Source: Acidobacteria bacterium UBA6911
Lineage (GTDB): Bacteria; Acidobacteriota; UBA6911; RPQK01; JAJDTT01
Assembly (NCBI GenBank): GCA_963579905.1
Contig: CAUZIZ010000009.1
Span: 1,333 to 65,332 of the forward strand
DNA length: 64,000 nt
Reading direction: 5' to 3'
The position numbers and the translations under genes were made by a program. Each line of letters starts with the position of its first letter. Within the stretch, counting starts at the first letter, position 1. This document shows, piece by piece, positions 41,010 to 51,726 of the stretch. The notes below the pieces were generated by a model, which did no database searches, was not told the DNA's origin, and saw only the letters and a list, made by a program, of their open reading frames with translations.

Positions 41010-41233
41010 GAGCGGGGTAGCCAACTCTGGCCAGGACACTGAGGAACAACATCTATAGATATAAGGGGAAAACAAGGCCGGGATCGATGGGGGAACTGAT
41101 CGGAAACAGCAACAGCCGACTGAGCTGATTGCGAGGGTCAGTAAGCTGCTCTGGGACGTTGTCCCACAATCGCTCCGGCTGGGGCAGCCTCCAGATCTAA
41201 GGTGTGGTTGGGCGCAACGAGAGATCTTCGAGT

Positions 41234-43306
41234 CTACCTCACCTGAAAGGCATACACCGTCGCCATTCTGGCCATGACCCGTAGCCGAACGGCTCTCCCC
41301 TTCAACTTGCCCAGAGAGCCTGCCTTCCAGCGCACCTGGTGGGTCAGACTGTCACCAACCACCGCTTGGCAATCAGCGGCTGAGTAACCGGGGATGATCT
41401 CCTCCCGGCCTGCGATGTAGTGACCGATCCAGCTCTTCTTTCCTGTATCCATCAGCTCCCCCACCGGACGGATCACCTCCACCCGCAGTTCCCGGTCCAC
41501 GTCGGCGTTCAGGTAGAGTTCGTCTCCCTCCACTACGAAAGGACGGGTAAGAAAGGCTCCCACGGGCTCGTCGGCTCTTAGACCGATGAGCCGATCCAGA
41601 GGCACTGTGGCCAACCCGATACGATTCTGCCGGTGGACGAGATGCCCCTTTTCAGGAGGCGTGGTCGCCGTAAACTTAAGGTACTCTCCGTCGTCCACTA
41701 TGGGTGGGCCCGGTCTGGAATGGGCGTACCTCGTTCCACCATAGAAGAAGCACATCTCTTCTCCCCGGATCGCCATCTGGGCAAACCAGGTGATCATGTC
41801 GTCGAAGTCTCCCCTGGGACCCCCGGGGATGAAGGCCTGGTTGGGAAATGGATGCTCCCAGCGATGGCCATCACGGCTGGTGGCCAGATGGATCTCCACC
41901 TCTCCACGGATTTCGTTGTCCAGCATCTGGGGGAGTCCGAAATAGATACCCTCGTGGCGGAAGACCATCATGCTTTCCACCTCTGGCCAGCGGGAACCCA
42001 TGGGATTGAAGACAGTTTTACGGGGGGACCAGTGCCGAAAATCTCGGGTCTCCTGGCGCACAATGTAGCGTCCAGACCCCCGGGCCAGAGCCCGCTCCGT
42101 CAGTTGCCGGTGAAAAAGAACATAGCGGGCCAGGCCCTCATCCCACACGCAGCTGGGATTGCCTCCGCCTCCACCCTCCCGGAGCCCCCCTTGCTGCAGC
42201 TGCCACGTCGTGCCATCAGAGCTCACGGCGACTCCCAGCCAGCCTCCGTACGGAGTGCCATCCTCATGGAACGGGGTGATGCCGATGGCTCTGTACTTTG
42301 GGTCTGAGGAACTCTCTCGGGACCCCTGTATCAGATGCAGGCTGCCCATCATGGGCCGACCCAGGGGTTCGATGCGGCACAGGTTGTTCTGGTGAGTCCC
42401 GGAGAATTCCACCAGCCCCAGGAGGGGCTTGGTCCAGTGGACTCCGTCCCTGCTGGTGGCATAGCCCACGACCGTGCCATTGTCCTTTTGGTAGATCTTG
42501 TACCAGAGCTTGATCTGGCCTTCCTCGGCGTCGTTTAGAACCGCGGTGGGTATGATCCCCCAGCTCCGCCGGGCACTCTCCTCCCAGGGCTGATCGGCCT
42601 CCAGGACGGGATTTCGTGGGTGTTTCTTCACTTGGGACTGGACCCGACGCAGCTTCCACCAGTCGGACAGCATCTCGTTGTCCACCAGCAGCTGCTTCTG
42701 TTGGCCAATAAGCAGCGGCTCTTCGGCTTCCAAGGGATCCAGATTCACCCACCGATGTCCATCCTGCCCGGCCAGGGCAGCGTCTACAACGACCCTGGAG
42801 CTCTCTCCTCTGGTTTGGACAGCCTTGCCCTTGAGGCTCAAGATAGGATCGTCGTCGAAGTAGTTGGGGGCACTCAAGCAGTGGTCAAATCCGTTCATTC
42901 CGGGATGGGCTGGACTGGCCCTTCGTACCGAGCCCAGGTGCCACTTGCCGAAATGTGCTGTGGAGTAGCCGGCTGTCTTCAAGGACTCGGCAAGGGTGGC
43001 TTCCTGAAGATGTATGGGATAACCCCATTGGAAAACGCCGGAGCGATTGGGATGCCGTCCAGTCAAGACACTGGCCCTGGTGGGGGAGCAGACCGGTGCC
43101 GCAGCGTAGAATCGATCGAAGCGCAAACCAGATGCGGCGGCCTCGTCGAAGTTTGGGGTCTTGAGAGCAGGGTGGCCATTGTAGGCCATATCTCCCCATC
43201 CCTGGTCGTCTGCCATCACCAGAACGATATTCGGTATTGCTGCCGCACTTGCCTCTCCCAACCCCGTGGAAAAGAGCAAAAGGATTCCGGCGATCAAGGT
43301 CTTCAC
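41234..43306 (-). CDS. Chimera: sulfatase N-terminal third fused to a GH32/43-like propeller (paralogue 5)
   Basis: [17 protein letters not shown] and FGKWHLG, then an abrupt switch near 42775 to [23 protein letters not shown] and [15 protein letters not shown]. Confidence 0.8.
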   Translation of the reverse strand: MKTLIAGILLLFSTGLGEASAAAIPNIVLVMADDQGWGDMAYNGHPALKTPNFDEAAASGLRFDRFYAAAPVCSPTRASVLTGRHPNRSGVFQWGYPIHLQEATLAESLKTAGYSTAHFGKWHLGSVRRASPAHPGMNGFDHCLSAPNYFDDDPILSLKGKAVQTRGESSRVVVDAALAGQDGHRWVNLDPLEAEEPLLIGQQKQLLVDNEMLSDWWKLRRVQSQVKKHPRNPVLEADQPWEESARRSWGIIPTAVLNDAEEGQIKLWYKIYQKDNGTVVGYATSRDGVHWTKPLLGLVEFSGTHQNNLCRIEPLGRPMMGSLHLIQGSRESSSDPKYRAIGITPFHEDGTPYGGWLGVAVSSDGTTWQLQQGGLREGGGGGNPSCVWDEGLARYVLFHRQLTERALARGSGRYIVRQETRDFRHWSPRKTVFNPMGSRWPEVESMMVFRHEGIYFGLPQMLDNEIRGEVEIHLATSRDGHRWEHPFPNQAFIPGGPRGDFDDMITWFAQMAIRGEEMCFFYGGTRYAHSRPGPPIVDDGEYLKFTATTPPEKGHLVHRQNRIGLATVPLDRLIGLRADEPVGAFLTRPFVVEGDELYLNADVDRELRVEVIRPVGELMDTGKKSWIGHYIAGREEIIPGYSAADCQAVVGDSLTHQVRWKAGSLGKLKGRAVRLRVMARMATVYAFQVR

Positions 43307-43478
43307 AAGCGTTACCCGCCAGCATCGATCTGAGCCATCATGCCTATTCTGACAAACAGAACAGGGACCTGATAGCATCCCGGCGGATGTCTATTCATTC
43401 CGGTTCCGATAATTTGCCCGGCCGAGCAGGATTCGCAAGCTCACCAGATGCTTGGGATTTACCACAAGAGGGGTTGAT

Positions 43479-45739
43479 CTATCGCCGGCTCAACCTTTCG
43501 GGCTCCACAGCTAGCGAAAGCGCCATGGCGGCCCAGCTCGTCCCGGACGCCGAGATCCACTGGTCAGGCCCGTAGGGGAATCCGCTTTCAAAATACGGCT
43601 GCAGCGGGAACGACCGCGTCTTCACGTGCCACGACCCATCTGGCGCCTGCGTCCGCAGAAGGTATCGCATACCCTTCTGGTAGACCTCGTGCTCGACCTT
43701 CATGTTGGCGGCCAGGTGAAGTGCATAGAGGACCTCGCCCGTGGCATACGCATCACTGCCCATGGTTGGGAGCTGTGACCAGCCGCCATCTTCACGCTGC
43801 GACTCCACTAGACTACGAGCCGACTTCCGGATAACGGCCTCGCCACTCCCCGCCCATTTCAGGCCAAGCAGATGGAACGCCCGTCCTTGCGTCGTCACCG
43901 GTCTCGCGGATCCGAGCCACTCAGCCGCTCGGGCCAGTCGTTCTCCGGTATCCCTGTGCTCCGTCGGAGACGAATAATGGCGCAGGGCTTTGATCACCAT
44001 TGCCGTCGTGATGTAGGCGTCGTAGGTCAGCGGTGGACGGTTGCCGGTCGTCGCCCAATGCCCGTCGGGGGACTGATGCAACTTCAGGTAGTGGACCAAC
44101 GAGTCGGTGTATTGTCTGCCGGCCTCTTGTTGGCAGCGAAGCCGAACATTTCATGCCCCACACTGTTGGGACTGAAGGCCGCCATGTTCATTGTGCGTTC
44201 CGGACTTCGTTCAAGCAGCTCCAAGGGAATCTGCGTCAGTTCCCTGGGAGCCGGAATCCCTCGCTCGCGAGCCAGCGCAACCGCCGCGGATGGCAGGTAC
44301 TGGTTGTGACACGAGTTGCACCCCCCCTTTCTGACAAACTGCGGACTTTGCCTCTCGAGCAACGCGATGGCCTTCTTTACTGCGCCGGGGATGGATTGCT
44401 CACCGGAAGACAGCGCCACATTCACGGCAACGCCTCCACTCCTGCGCTGCTCTTCTGAAACACCCAGCAGGCGGGCAACCTCGTTGTCACCGCGTTTGCC
44501 GGCGAGAGTCCGCGGAGTTTCGCCCTCCCCACTCAGCTCGGTGTTCGCGCCCTTGTCAAGCAGCGTTTTCACGATCCCGGCTGGCATGGCCTCCGAATAA
44601 GCAGCCCACATCAAAGGCGAGTAACCGCGGTAATCCTGCCCATCCGCGTGTGCACCCTTCTCCAACAGGACCCTTACAATGTCCTCCGCGCCCTGCTGGG
44701 CGGCCAGGGCAAGAACGGTCTGCTTGCGTTTCGTCTCCAGGTTGACGTCGGCGCCGTGCTTGATGAGTAGGCGGATGGCTTCGAGGTTGCGGCTCCGTGC
44801 GGCGTCCATCAGCGTCCCAGCCCCACTCCCGCTGAGGGCCGTCGCGGCGGCTTCTTGGGCGAGTAGGAGTTTCATCGCCACCACGTCTCCGGCGCCCGCC
44901 GATGCCATTAACGGTGTGCGTCCGTTCAGGGTCGCCAGGTTCGGATCGGCTCCTTTTACGAGAAGCAGCCGTAAGACAGAGTGGCTGTCCCGGCGGCGGG
45001 AGGCGAGGTATAGCGGCGTGCTTCCATCCTGCGTTTTGCTGTTGATTTGTGCGCCGTGTTCTAACAGCAACCCCGTCTTTTCATCACTCCTGACGGCCCA
45101 GTGAAGGGGCGTTCCTTCAAGACGATTCTTGGCGTTCACATCTACGCCATGGTCGAGCAAGAGCCTGATCGTCTCGATGTTCCCGAAGCCGGCGGCATGA
45201 TGGAGCAGTGTCGAGTCGCTGTGGTCTTTCTGTTTCGCGAGTGCAGGGTCCTCGTGCAGGAGCTTCTTCACAGCCGCCGTATCCTGGCCCCGCACGGCCA
45301 CGATCAATGCCTTGAGCTTTGGATCGAGGGCCTTCGGAGACTCCTGCGGTTCAAACTCGATGTCACCCCATTCCGCGCCTTGGTCGATCCAAGCGCGCAG
45401 GATTCCAATGTCCTCCGCCGGTAAAGGACCGGTCGGCGGCATCTGCATTCCGCCGTCTCCGCTCACCAGCCGGAGAATCAGTTTGCTCTCGGCACTCCTA
45501 CCGGCGATGATAACGGGGCCGTAGTCGCCACCCCGCAACGCGTTCTGCCGCTTGTCCAGACGGAGACCCGACTGTTGCTGTTTGGTGCCGTGGCACGCGT
45601 GGCACTTGGCAGCTAGGATTGGCTTCACATGCTGATCGAAGTCTACTTTCATCTCCGCCGGGGGCGGCAGCTCTGCGCCAGAGAGCGTCGTCATCGACAC
45701 GCACAACCCCAACCCAAGCACTGCACGGATTCCTCTCAT
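43479..45739 (-). pseudogene. Planctomycete-type cytochrome c + ankyrin repeats + prenyltransferase/squalene-cyclase-like barrel protein, one frameshift
   Basis: VDFDQHVKPILAAKCHACHG, tandem ankyrin repeats, CNSCHNQ, and Q..DG.W motifs. A single frameshift near 44114 joins ORFs 44084-45826 and 43479-44099. Confidence 0.82.
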
Positions 45740-46269
45740 GGCTTTCGTCCTTTCGGCTAGCGATTTGGGAGCTAAGGAGACTCTATACTTTAGACCCAGT
45801 CTGGTAGCGGTCGGTGTGGCTTCCATTGTTCATACCGGGGAAAGAACCGATTTCCAATCCACCTCATAACCGGAACAACAGCGAGAAAAAGACCGGAACC
45901 GGCAATCAGTCCAACCCCAAACGGCAACAACCTATCCACCCACCAAACCTCGCGGAAAGTGCAAAGGACATAAGTGAGCAATGCAGCATCCGCCAGGTAA
46001 AACCAGGATCAAAACCGCCCCGGATTTCCAAGAAAGACACCATCCCATCTGGCGAGCGCGACGGGTCGAGTTCGCGAAGCGCCGCCGAACGCCATGCCTT
46101 GCCATAGCCGAGGAGGCGCGACAAAGAAATCGGCGCGTCCCGTCGCCGAAGATGGCCAGGCATCGTCTTCCTCCTCCTACCTTGATCTCGCCTCGCAAGC
46201 CCCATCTGAAAACGTTACCGTATTTATGAAAACGGTGTACTTAGTCTCTTCTCTCAAGGGTGGAACATT

Positions 46270-48864
46270 CTAGTAGAAGCTGAAGGAATAGAACCTGGGG
46301 AAACTCCTCGAGCCCACGAGGTGAAAGCGTATCCGGAATGGACGGTCGATAGAGGACAGGTCTTTGTCCCCCTTCCACATCATCCTATGGGAGGTTGAAT
46401 CTCCTTCGAAGCGGACGCTGGCTGTCCTGCTGAATCCCGCAAGCGGTTCTCCACTGTCGGCGTCCGATAGCTCTGCCTCGAGATGGCCTCCTTGGCCACA
46501 GTCCGCGTTGATGAAGAGATCAGAAGCCTGTCCTGGATTGATCGGGATGGTGGTAAAACTTCCTCTGCTCTGGCCTTCCTGCGGCTGCAGGTGGGTGTAT
46601 CCGTCCAGTCTGAGGATCGCCACGCCGCCTGAACGTTTCTCGTGGGGTTCACCCTCGCCACAGATAGCACCGTAGTAGACCTTGATATCCTTTTCGTCCA
46701 GCAAAGGCAGAGAGGGTGCAATATGGTCGCAGTCCCAGGCGTTGGCGAGGCCTGATGGCACCACCTTCTTGCCCGGCTGTACGAAAACGAAGTTCTCGCC
46801 ATCCCGGCTGACTGCCAGCTCCAGGTCCAGCTCCCGACCATTGTGCTGATACTGGTAGAAGGAGAGGTAGTAATCGCCATCCTTCCAGACCACCCAGTCA
46901 TGAATCTGCTCAATCTTTCCTCCCCGAACCACCGGAATGGTCCTGGCAAAGGGATCGAGCATCGGGTTCTGGGGATGAGAGGTCCAATTCATCCCGTCTG
47001 GACTGTAAGCATAGCCTCCACCACGGCGAGCCAGGTTCAGGGCAGAGAAGCCATAAGTCTTGTAGCGCTTGCCAGGATCCCTTTCGTCTGGATCGAAGAG
47101 GAGCGACTGGGGCATCAGGGAAAAGGGTCTCCCTCCCGGAAAAAGCATCTTGGCGGGTTGGGAAGTCCACTCGATACCGTCTGGCGAAACTGAGAGCGAT
47201 CCCGTGTTGGTCTCCTGCCAAGGCTCGTAGCGGCCAGCACGGGCGGCCTGAGCCCGGCTGCCGTGAGTGGGGAATTTGAGAAGCTTGTAGCGGCGTTTGG
47301 GATCCGGATCCTGAGGATCCTTCAGGACCATGGGGACGTAGGGGGTGTTTCGGATCAGCCCCTTTTTCTCGAAATCGTAGCCATCCTGGCTCTCGGCATA
47401 GCCCACCTGGTACCACTCCCACCAGGGACGGTCCCGATCTCGCCGAAAAGCCGAATACCACATCCGGTAGATGTTCTTCTCCTTCAAGACCCGCAGGAAA
47501 TTCCCTGCTCCGTGGACATCGGGATCTCCCGCTGCTCCGGCCTCGATCACCGGATTGTCGCGGTCTTTCTGTGCCTGGTTTAGCTCCAGTTCGAGCCCCT
47601 TCAGGTTCTGAATCTCTGCCAGGTCCAGAAAGAGGACCTTCTTTCCCGGGGAGGCGTCCAGCGAGGGCACGGGGATGGAGTGAAAGGCCTGGTGGGGTCC
47701 ATGGGTTAGCAGGATCCCCATTCCGGGGGCCCCCTTGCCGTTCTCGACCTCCACCGCCAGGCGATCGATGGGCAGGTGGTTGTCTTCCATTCGTGGGGAA
47801 TTCCAGGTGAGCTTGGCAGTGCGGTGGATGGGCCCCCAATCCTCACCCAGCCACCGGGTCCGGAAGACGTGCTGCCGGGCGCTGTCCACAAAGAAGAGCC
47901 AGGCAATGCCATATCGATCCAGTCTGATCTGTTGGGAGTGAAAAGTGTGCCAGGCGAATCTGGGTCTGGCCCGAGTGAGGGAGATCGGAGGTTGAGTCGT
48001 GTCTTCCGGAAGGATCGTTTTTAGATGGGAGTAGGTATCCTCGTAAACGGCCAGGAGCCGGCCCTGGGTCCTGGCCAGAACTGGTCGAAAGGACTGGCTT
48101 TGCAGCCGCCGAACTTTGGGATTTTTGCCTGCTCCAACCTGATTTAGAAGCCCGGAGGCATGGTAAGCCTGTTCGTAGATATCGTGCCAGGCGAGGTGAA
48201 AGCGTCCTTGATCGTCCAACAGCAAGCTGGGCGGAAATAGCCCGTGACCCCGTGCCATCTCCTGGGATACCAGGCCATGCTCATTGACCCGGCCCAGGTG
48301 AATTGAGACCTCATGACCGGCCCTTGACTCGATCCAGACAAACCACACGCTACCGTCGCAGGACCTCGCGATGTCGCCCACACGGGAAGAGTGGGCGGCC
48401 AGGACCAGAGCTCCGGGAGCGTCGGTTTGGGGATGATGCCAGGAGAGAGCGGGGCCTCCCGCATAGGCTGGAAGGCGTAGCAGAGCGTATCCGGAAAGGC
48501 CTGATTGGGTGCTCCAGACCAGGTGGAGTCGATCTCTGTCGTCGAGGCTCATTCCCGTGCTGAAGATTGGGTCCAATGCCCGCACAGGTGGGACGAGGGG
48601 AAGGGGAATACCAAAGTCATCCAGAGATCGCGGGGAGATTCCGGCTGAGACTCGGAGCGAGAACCCGGGCTGCTCGACTTGGGGCGACAGCAGATAAGAA
48701 ATGCCCTGACTATCCCGGACGATCCACTTTCGAATAGATGCTTCAAGCTCGCTCCGCAGCAGGCCTCGAGGGAGGGCAGGAGCCAGCAATGTGAGAAGAG
48801 CCAATGGCGTTAGCCAGAGGACGAGAAGTCGAAGGATTCTTGTTCCACGTCGTTTTGCGCGCAT
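46270..48864 (-). CDS. Large exported protein with a C-terminal GH32/43-like propeller module (paralogue 6)
   Basis: Signal peptide and about 400 aa of unknown N-terminal region. Then YRMWY, YAESQDG, AVSRDG, RLDGY and IRFHL..FYSFSF. Confidence 0.75.
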   Translation of the reverse strand: MRAKRRGTRILRLLVLWLTPLALLTLLAPALPRGLLRSELEASIRKWIVRDSQGISYLLSPQVEQPGFSLRVSAGISPRSLDDFGIPLPLVPPVRALDPIFSTGMSLDDRDRLHLVWSTQSGLSGYALLRLPAYAGGPALSWHHPQTDAPGALVLAAHSSRVGDIARSCDGSVWFVWIESRAGHEVSIHLGRVNEHGLVSQEMARGHGLFPPSLLLDDQGRFHLAWHDIYEQAYHASGLLNQVGAGKNPKVRRLQSQSFRPVLARTQGRLLAVYEDTYSHLKTILPEDTTQPPISLTRARPRFAWHTFHSQQIRLDRYGIAWLFFVDSARQHVFRTRWLGEDWGPIHRTAKLTWNSPRMEDNHLPIDRLAVEVENGKGAPGMGILLTHGPHQAFHSIPVPSLDASPGKKVLFLDLAEIQNLKGLELELNQAQKDRDNPVIEAGAAGDPDVHGAGNFLRVLKEKNIYRMWYSAFRRDRDRPWWEWYQVGYAESQDGYDFEKKGLIRNTPYVPMVLKDPQDPDPKRRYKLLKFPTHGSRAQAARAGRYEPWQETNTGSLSVSPDGIEWTSQPAKMLFPGGRPFSLMPQSLLFDPDERDPGKRYKTYGFSALNLARRGGGYAYSPDGMNWTSHPQNPMLDPFARTIPVVRGGKIEQIHDWVVWKDGDYYLSFYQYQHNGRELDLELAVSRDGENFVFVQPGKKVVPSGLANAWDCDHIAPSLPLLDEKDIKVYYGAICGEGEPHEKRSGGVAILRLDGYTHLQPQEGQSRGSFTTIPINPGQASDLFINADCGQGGHLEAELSDADSGEPLAGFSRTASVRFEGDSTSHRMMWKGDKDLSSIDRPFRIRFHLVGSRSFPRFYSFSFY

Positions 48865-49058
48865 GATCATGATGATGTAAGACTCATGATGGGCCCCTCG
48901 ATGGACGGGATCCATTTTGCGGACCTTCCCTCGTCCTTGCAACTAGCAGTTCACGCAAAAAAAATCTGGGACATTACCTTCGGAGTTGGAAAGGGTTTCC
49001 AAAGTCGGGGCAGATTGGAGGGGCTAACAAGTCCGGCTTTTTTTGATAGGCTAGTTGA

Positions 49059-49562
49059 ATGGCCAAACAAAACTCATTTGACATCGTCTCCGAAGTCGAC
49101 CTGGCCGAGGTTGCGAACGCGGTCAATCAAGCCTCGAAGGAGATCTTGCAGAGGTTTGATTTCAAGGGAAGTGGTTCGAGTGTGGAGTTTGACAAAGCTG
49201 AAGCCAAGCTCGTCTTCGCTTCTGCCGACGAGTTCAGGCTTCAGGCGGTCAACCAGATCGTCCAACAGAAACTCGCGCGGCGCGGTGTCCCGCTAAGGGC
49301 GCTGACCCACGGCAAGATCGAGCCGGCGGCCAAGGGGAGCGTGCGTCAGACGGTGACGATGCAGCAGGGCATTCCGATTGAAAAGGCGAGGGAAATCGTC
49401 AAGATCATCAAGGGGACCAAGCTCAGGGTGCAGGCCGCCATCAACGAGGATCAGATTCGCGTCTCAGGCAAGGACCGTGACACACTGCAGGAGGTGATGG
49501 CTGTCTTGAAGGAATGTGATCTCGATATAGACATGCAGTTCACCAACTATCGCTCGCAGTAG
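49059..49562 (+). CDS. yajQ: YajQ family nucleotide/c-di-GMP-binding protein
   Basis: SFDIVSEVDLAEVANAV, RFDFKG, IRVSGKDRDTLQ and QFTNYR. Confidence 0.95.
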   Translation: MAKQNSFDIVSEVDLAEVANAVNQASKEILQRFDFKGSGSSVEFDKAEAKLVFASADEFRLQAVNQIVQQKLARRGVPLRALTHGKIEPAAKGSVRQTVTMQQGIPIEKAREIVKIIKGTKLRVQAAINEDQIRVSGKDRDTLQEVMAVLKECDLDIDMQFTNYRSQ

Positions 49563-49625
49563 AGGTATGGGAAGAGAAATTGTGGTGCTGCCCTCAACCT
49601 GTAACCTGCAACCAACGAAGTCTGG

Positions 49626-50059
49626 TTAGTCCCGCCCCCATTCGAGAAGGAAACTTTTTCCTACTTCTGAATTCATCGCCTGAGCAGAAGGTTTTACTAT
49701 AGCTAACCCTATCCAGGAGTCCGCTTTAGCCGGCTGGAACGAAGCGTATTAGACCGGTCCTTCAGGGCCGGGTATCGGGTCGCGTGAAGTTGAGGCCGCT
49801 TCAGCGGGCTCAAGTTTCACTTCACCCCGATACCCGGCCCTAAAGGACCGGTCTATTACACTTCGCGCCAGCCTGCTGAAGCAGGCTTAGAGTGTGCTCA
49901 GATCTCCAGACCAAACGACTGCTGCGAGCTGGATCATTCCAGAAAGAGTTGGCCTCCGAAGCCAGGTCTCGACGCAATCGCCTGACACCACAACCATTTT
50001 GAAATCGTTGGGTTACGTTCCTTTTCCATCCAAATGTGGAAATGAAGTGTTCAGCTTAG
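49626..50059 (-). mobile_element. Modular repeat cassette F (cargo 5, probably two nested units)
   Basis: R end TTAGTCCCGCCCCCATTCGAGAAGGAAACT 49626-49655. Inverted TAGACCGGTCCTTCAGGGCCGGGTATCGGG / CCCGATACCCGGCCCTAAAGGACCGGTCTA. Internal R-like CTGGATCATTCCAGAAAGAGTT near 49930. L end 50043-50059. Confidence 0.8.
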
Positions 50060-50078
50060 GAACCGGGTCGCCGATCGG

Positions 50079-50441
50079 TTACTCTTTGTTCAACCACTCG
50101 ATCGGCTGAGGCTGTATCTGATCGTCGGGCCTGGAGCCGGCGTCGTTTCTGCCGCTGCCTTCCAATCGACTGATGATACGCACCGTCATGTCTTGTGTGC
50201 AGGGAATCTGGCAACTCAAACGAACCCCAGTCGCTTGGCGTGCTTCCAACACAGTCCTTTCCGCAGCGGTCATCCGGTTGGGCTCACCCTCGACAAACTC
50301 TACTCGACATGTGGTACAACGCGCGTTTCCGCTGCAGGCGTGTAACTGGTCCACCGCGGCATCGTCGGTCAGCGCCAGGACGAGCCGTTTCCCCTCTTCA
50401 ACATCGAATGTTCCCATACCCTCTACGGTCAGCTTTGGCAT
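50079..50441 (-). CDS. 2Fe-2S ferredoxin-type protein
   Basis: HACSGNARCTTC..RLSCQ cysteine pattern. Confidence 0.92.
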   Translation of the reverse strand: MPKLTVEGMGTFDVEEGKRLVLALTDDAAVDQLHACSGNARCTTCRVEFVEGEPNRMTAAERTVLEARQATGVRLSCQIPCTQDMTVRIISRLEGSGRNDAGSRPDDQIQPQPIEWLNKE

Positions 50442-50479
50442 GTCTTTCCCTTTCTTCTCTGCTAGTGGAATTGGACGAA

Positions 50480-51679
50480 TTATTCTTCGATGATGGCCCC
50501 TACCAATACCTCGTCAGTGACGTTGGCGGGACTGATGACTTCTCCTCCCGCCAGGTAGAGCCGTCCTCCAACGGCGCTCAACTCGGCTGCCAGTCGATAG
50601 ACCCCCTTCGAAAAGTCGATCCACTTCGCCTCGAGGGCCTGCAGTCGCTTCTCTGGAGGAGGCTGGAAGGGCGGAAGGGCGGTTGGCATGACGCTGTACT
50701 CCTCATTCTTCGAGTCGAAGACAAGCACCTTGAAATTGGGTGACGGGGTCGAGGGGATGCGGTCCGTGTACAGGTAGGTATGATCCACGGGATAGTCTCT
50801 CATACCACCTGCGATGATGATGTATCGGTCCCGATGTACGGCAGCCTCCCAGCCTCCCGCAGGAAAGGGCAGGTCGGGCAATCTTTTCCAACGCAGCGTG
50901 TTCAGGTTGAGGACGTAGGCATCGCCCCCGTGTCGACGATGGGGATGAAAGTCCTCGCCCGCTTCCGCATAGTTGACGTAGAAACCACCAAAAATGTAGA
51001 CGTTCTCTCCAATGGCAGCGGCGGCCATGGATTCGCGGCCATAGCTGGGAATGGGAGGGAGCTCGTACCAACCCTGTTTCGGATTGTCGGTGTCGAAGGT
51101 TTCAACCGAGTTGATATCGACGCCGGGATGGTCTCCGGTGAAGCGGTCCGCTCCAAAAGAGGCCTGGCCCCCCAGGACGACGATTTTGGTTCCGGAAGCC
51201 ACGGCAGCAGGGAGAAAGCGGCCGGTGGTGAGGGAGGGCATTTCGTCCCACCTCCACTTTCCTGAGGAGAATGACAATCGGAACATGCGGTTGCTGGTAA
51301 TCCCCGACGCAGCTTCGGGCCAGCGGATGCCGCCGGTAAAGAGGTAGAAGTCCGGACCCACCGCGACTCCTTGGGGCCAGACCAGACCCAACGGGGCTTC
51401 GGGCAGGATCTCGTAGCTGCCGGACTTGGTATCAAAGAGCCACACGCTGTTGTGCTTGCCTCGATCCCGAGTCTTTCTGGGGTCCCATCCTGGATAGCCC
51501 GGAGCACAGGCGGCAACGATCCTGTCACCCAGGACAGCCTGAGCCTGTCCCTTGGTGGGCCAGGGAAGAGGGGTTCCTGGAGCCCAGGTGATGTCCTTGA
51601 TCCCTGAGCCGAGTATCAGGGCTGGAGACCCCAGTCCCAGCAGGATGTAAAGAGTCCAAGCTCGTGGGTTCCAAAGCAT
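50480..51679 (-). CDS. Kelch-repeat beta-propeller, exported (NanM-like fold)
   Basis: Repeated hhhhGG motifs (YLFTGG, IVVLGG, VYIFGG, IIIAGG, LYLAGG) with W..LP spacing. Confidence 0.85.
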   Translation of the reverse strand: MLWNPRAWTLYILLGLGSPALILGSGIKDITWAPGTPLPWPTKGQAQAVLGDRIVAACAPGYPGWDPRKTRDRGKHNSVWLFDTKSGSYEILPEAPLGLVWPQGVAVGPDFYLFTGGIRWPEAASGITSNRMFRLSFSSGKWRWDEMPSLTTGRFLPAAVASGTKIVVLGGQASFGADRFTGDHPGVDINSVETFDTDNPKQGWYELPPIPSYGRESMAAAAIGENVYIFGGFYVNYAEAGEDFHPHRRHGGDAYVLNLNTLRWKRLPDLPFPAGGWEAAVHRDRYIIIAGGMRDYPVDHTYLYTDRIPSTPSPNFKVLVFDSKNEEYSVMPTALPPFQPPPEKRLQALEAKWIDFSKGVYRLAAELSAVGGRLYLAGGEVISPANVTDEVLVGAIIEE

Positions 51680-51726
51680 CTGTATCCCTCTGCTGCAATC
51701 TGGTAAGCCGAAGATAGAGTTTCCGA

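Noticed and set aside
45790-46205. Possible small membrane protein gene on the minus strand
   Set aside because: Hydrophobic pieces are split over three frames and no family is recognisable, so support is insufficient.
48940-49058. Riboswitch or terminator between the divergent genes at 48864 and yajQ
   Set aside because: Only weak hairpins and A/T runs; no recognisable aptamer consensus.
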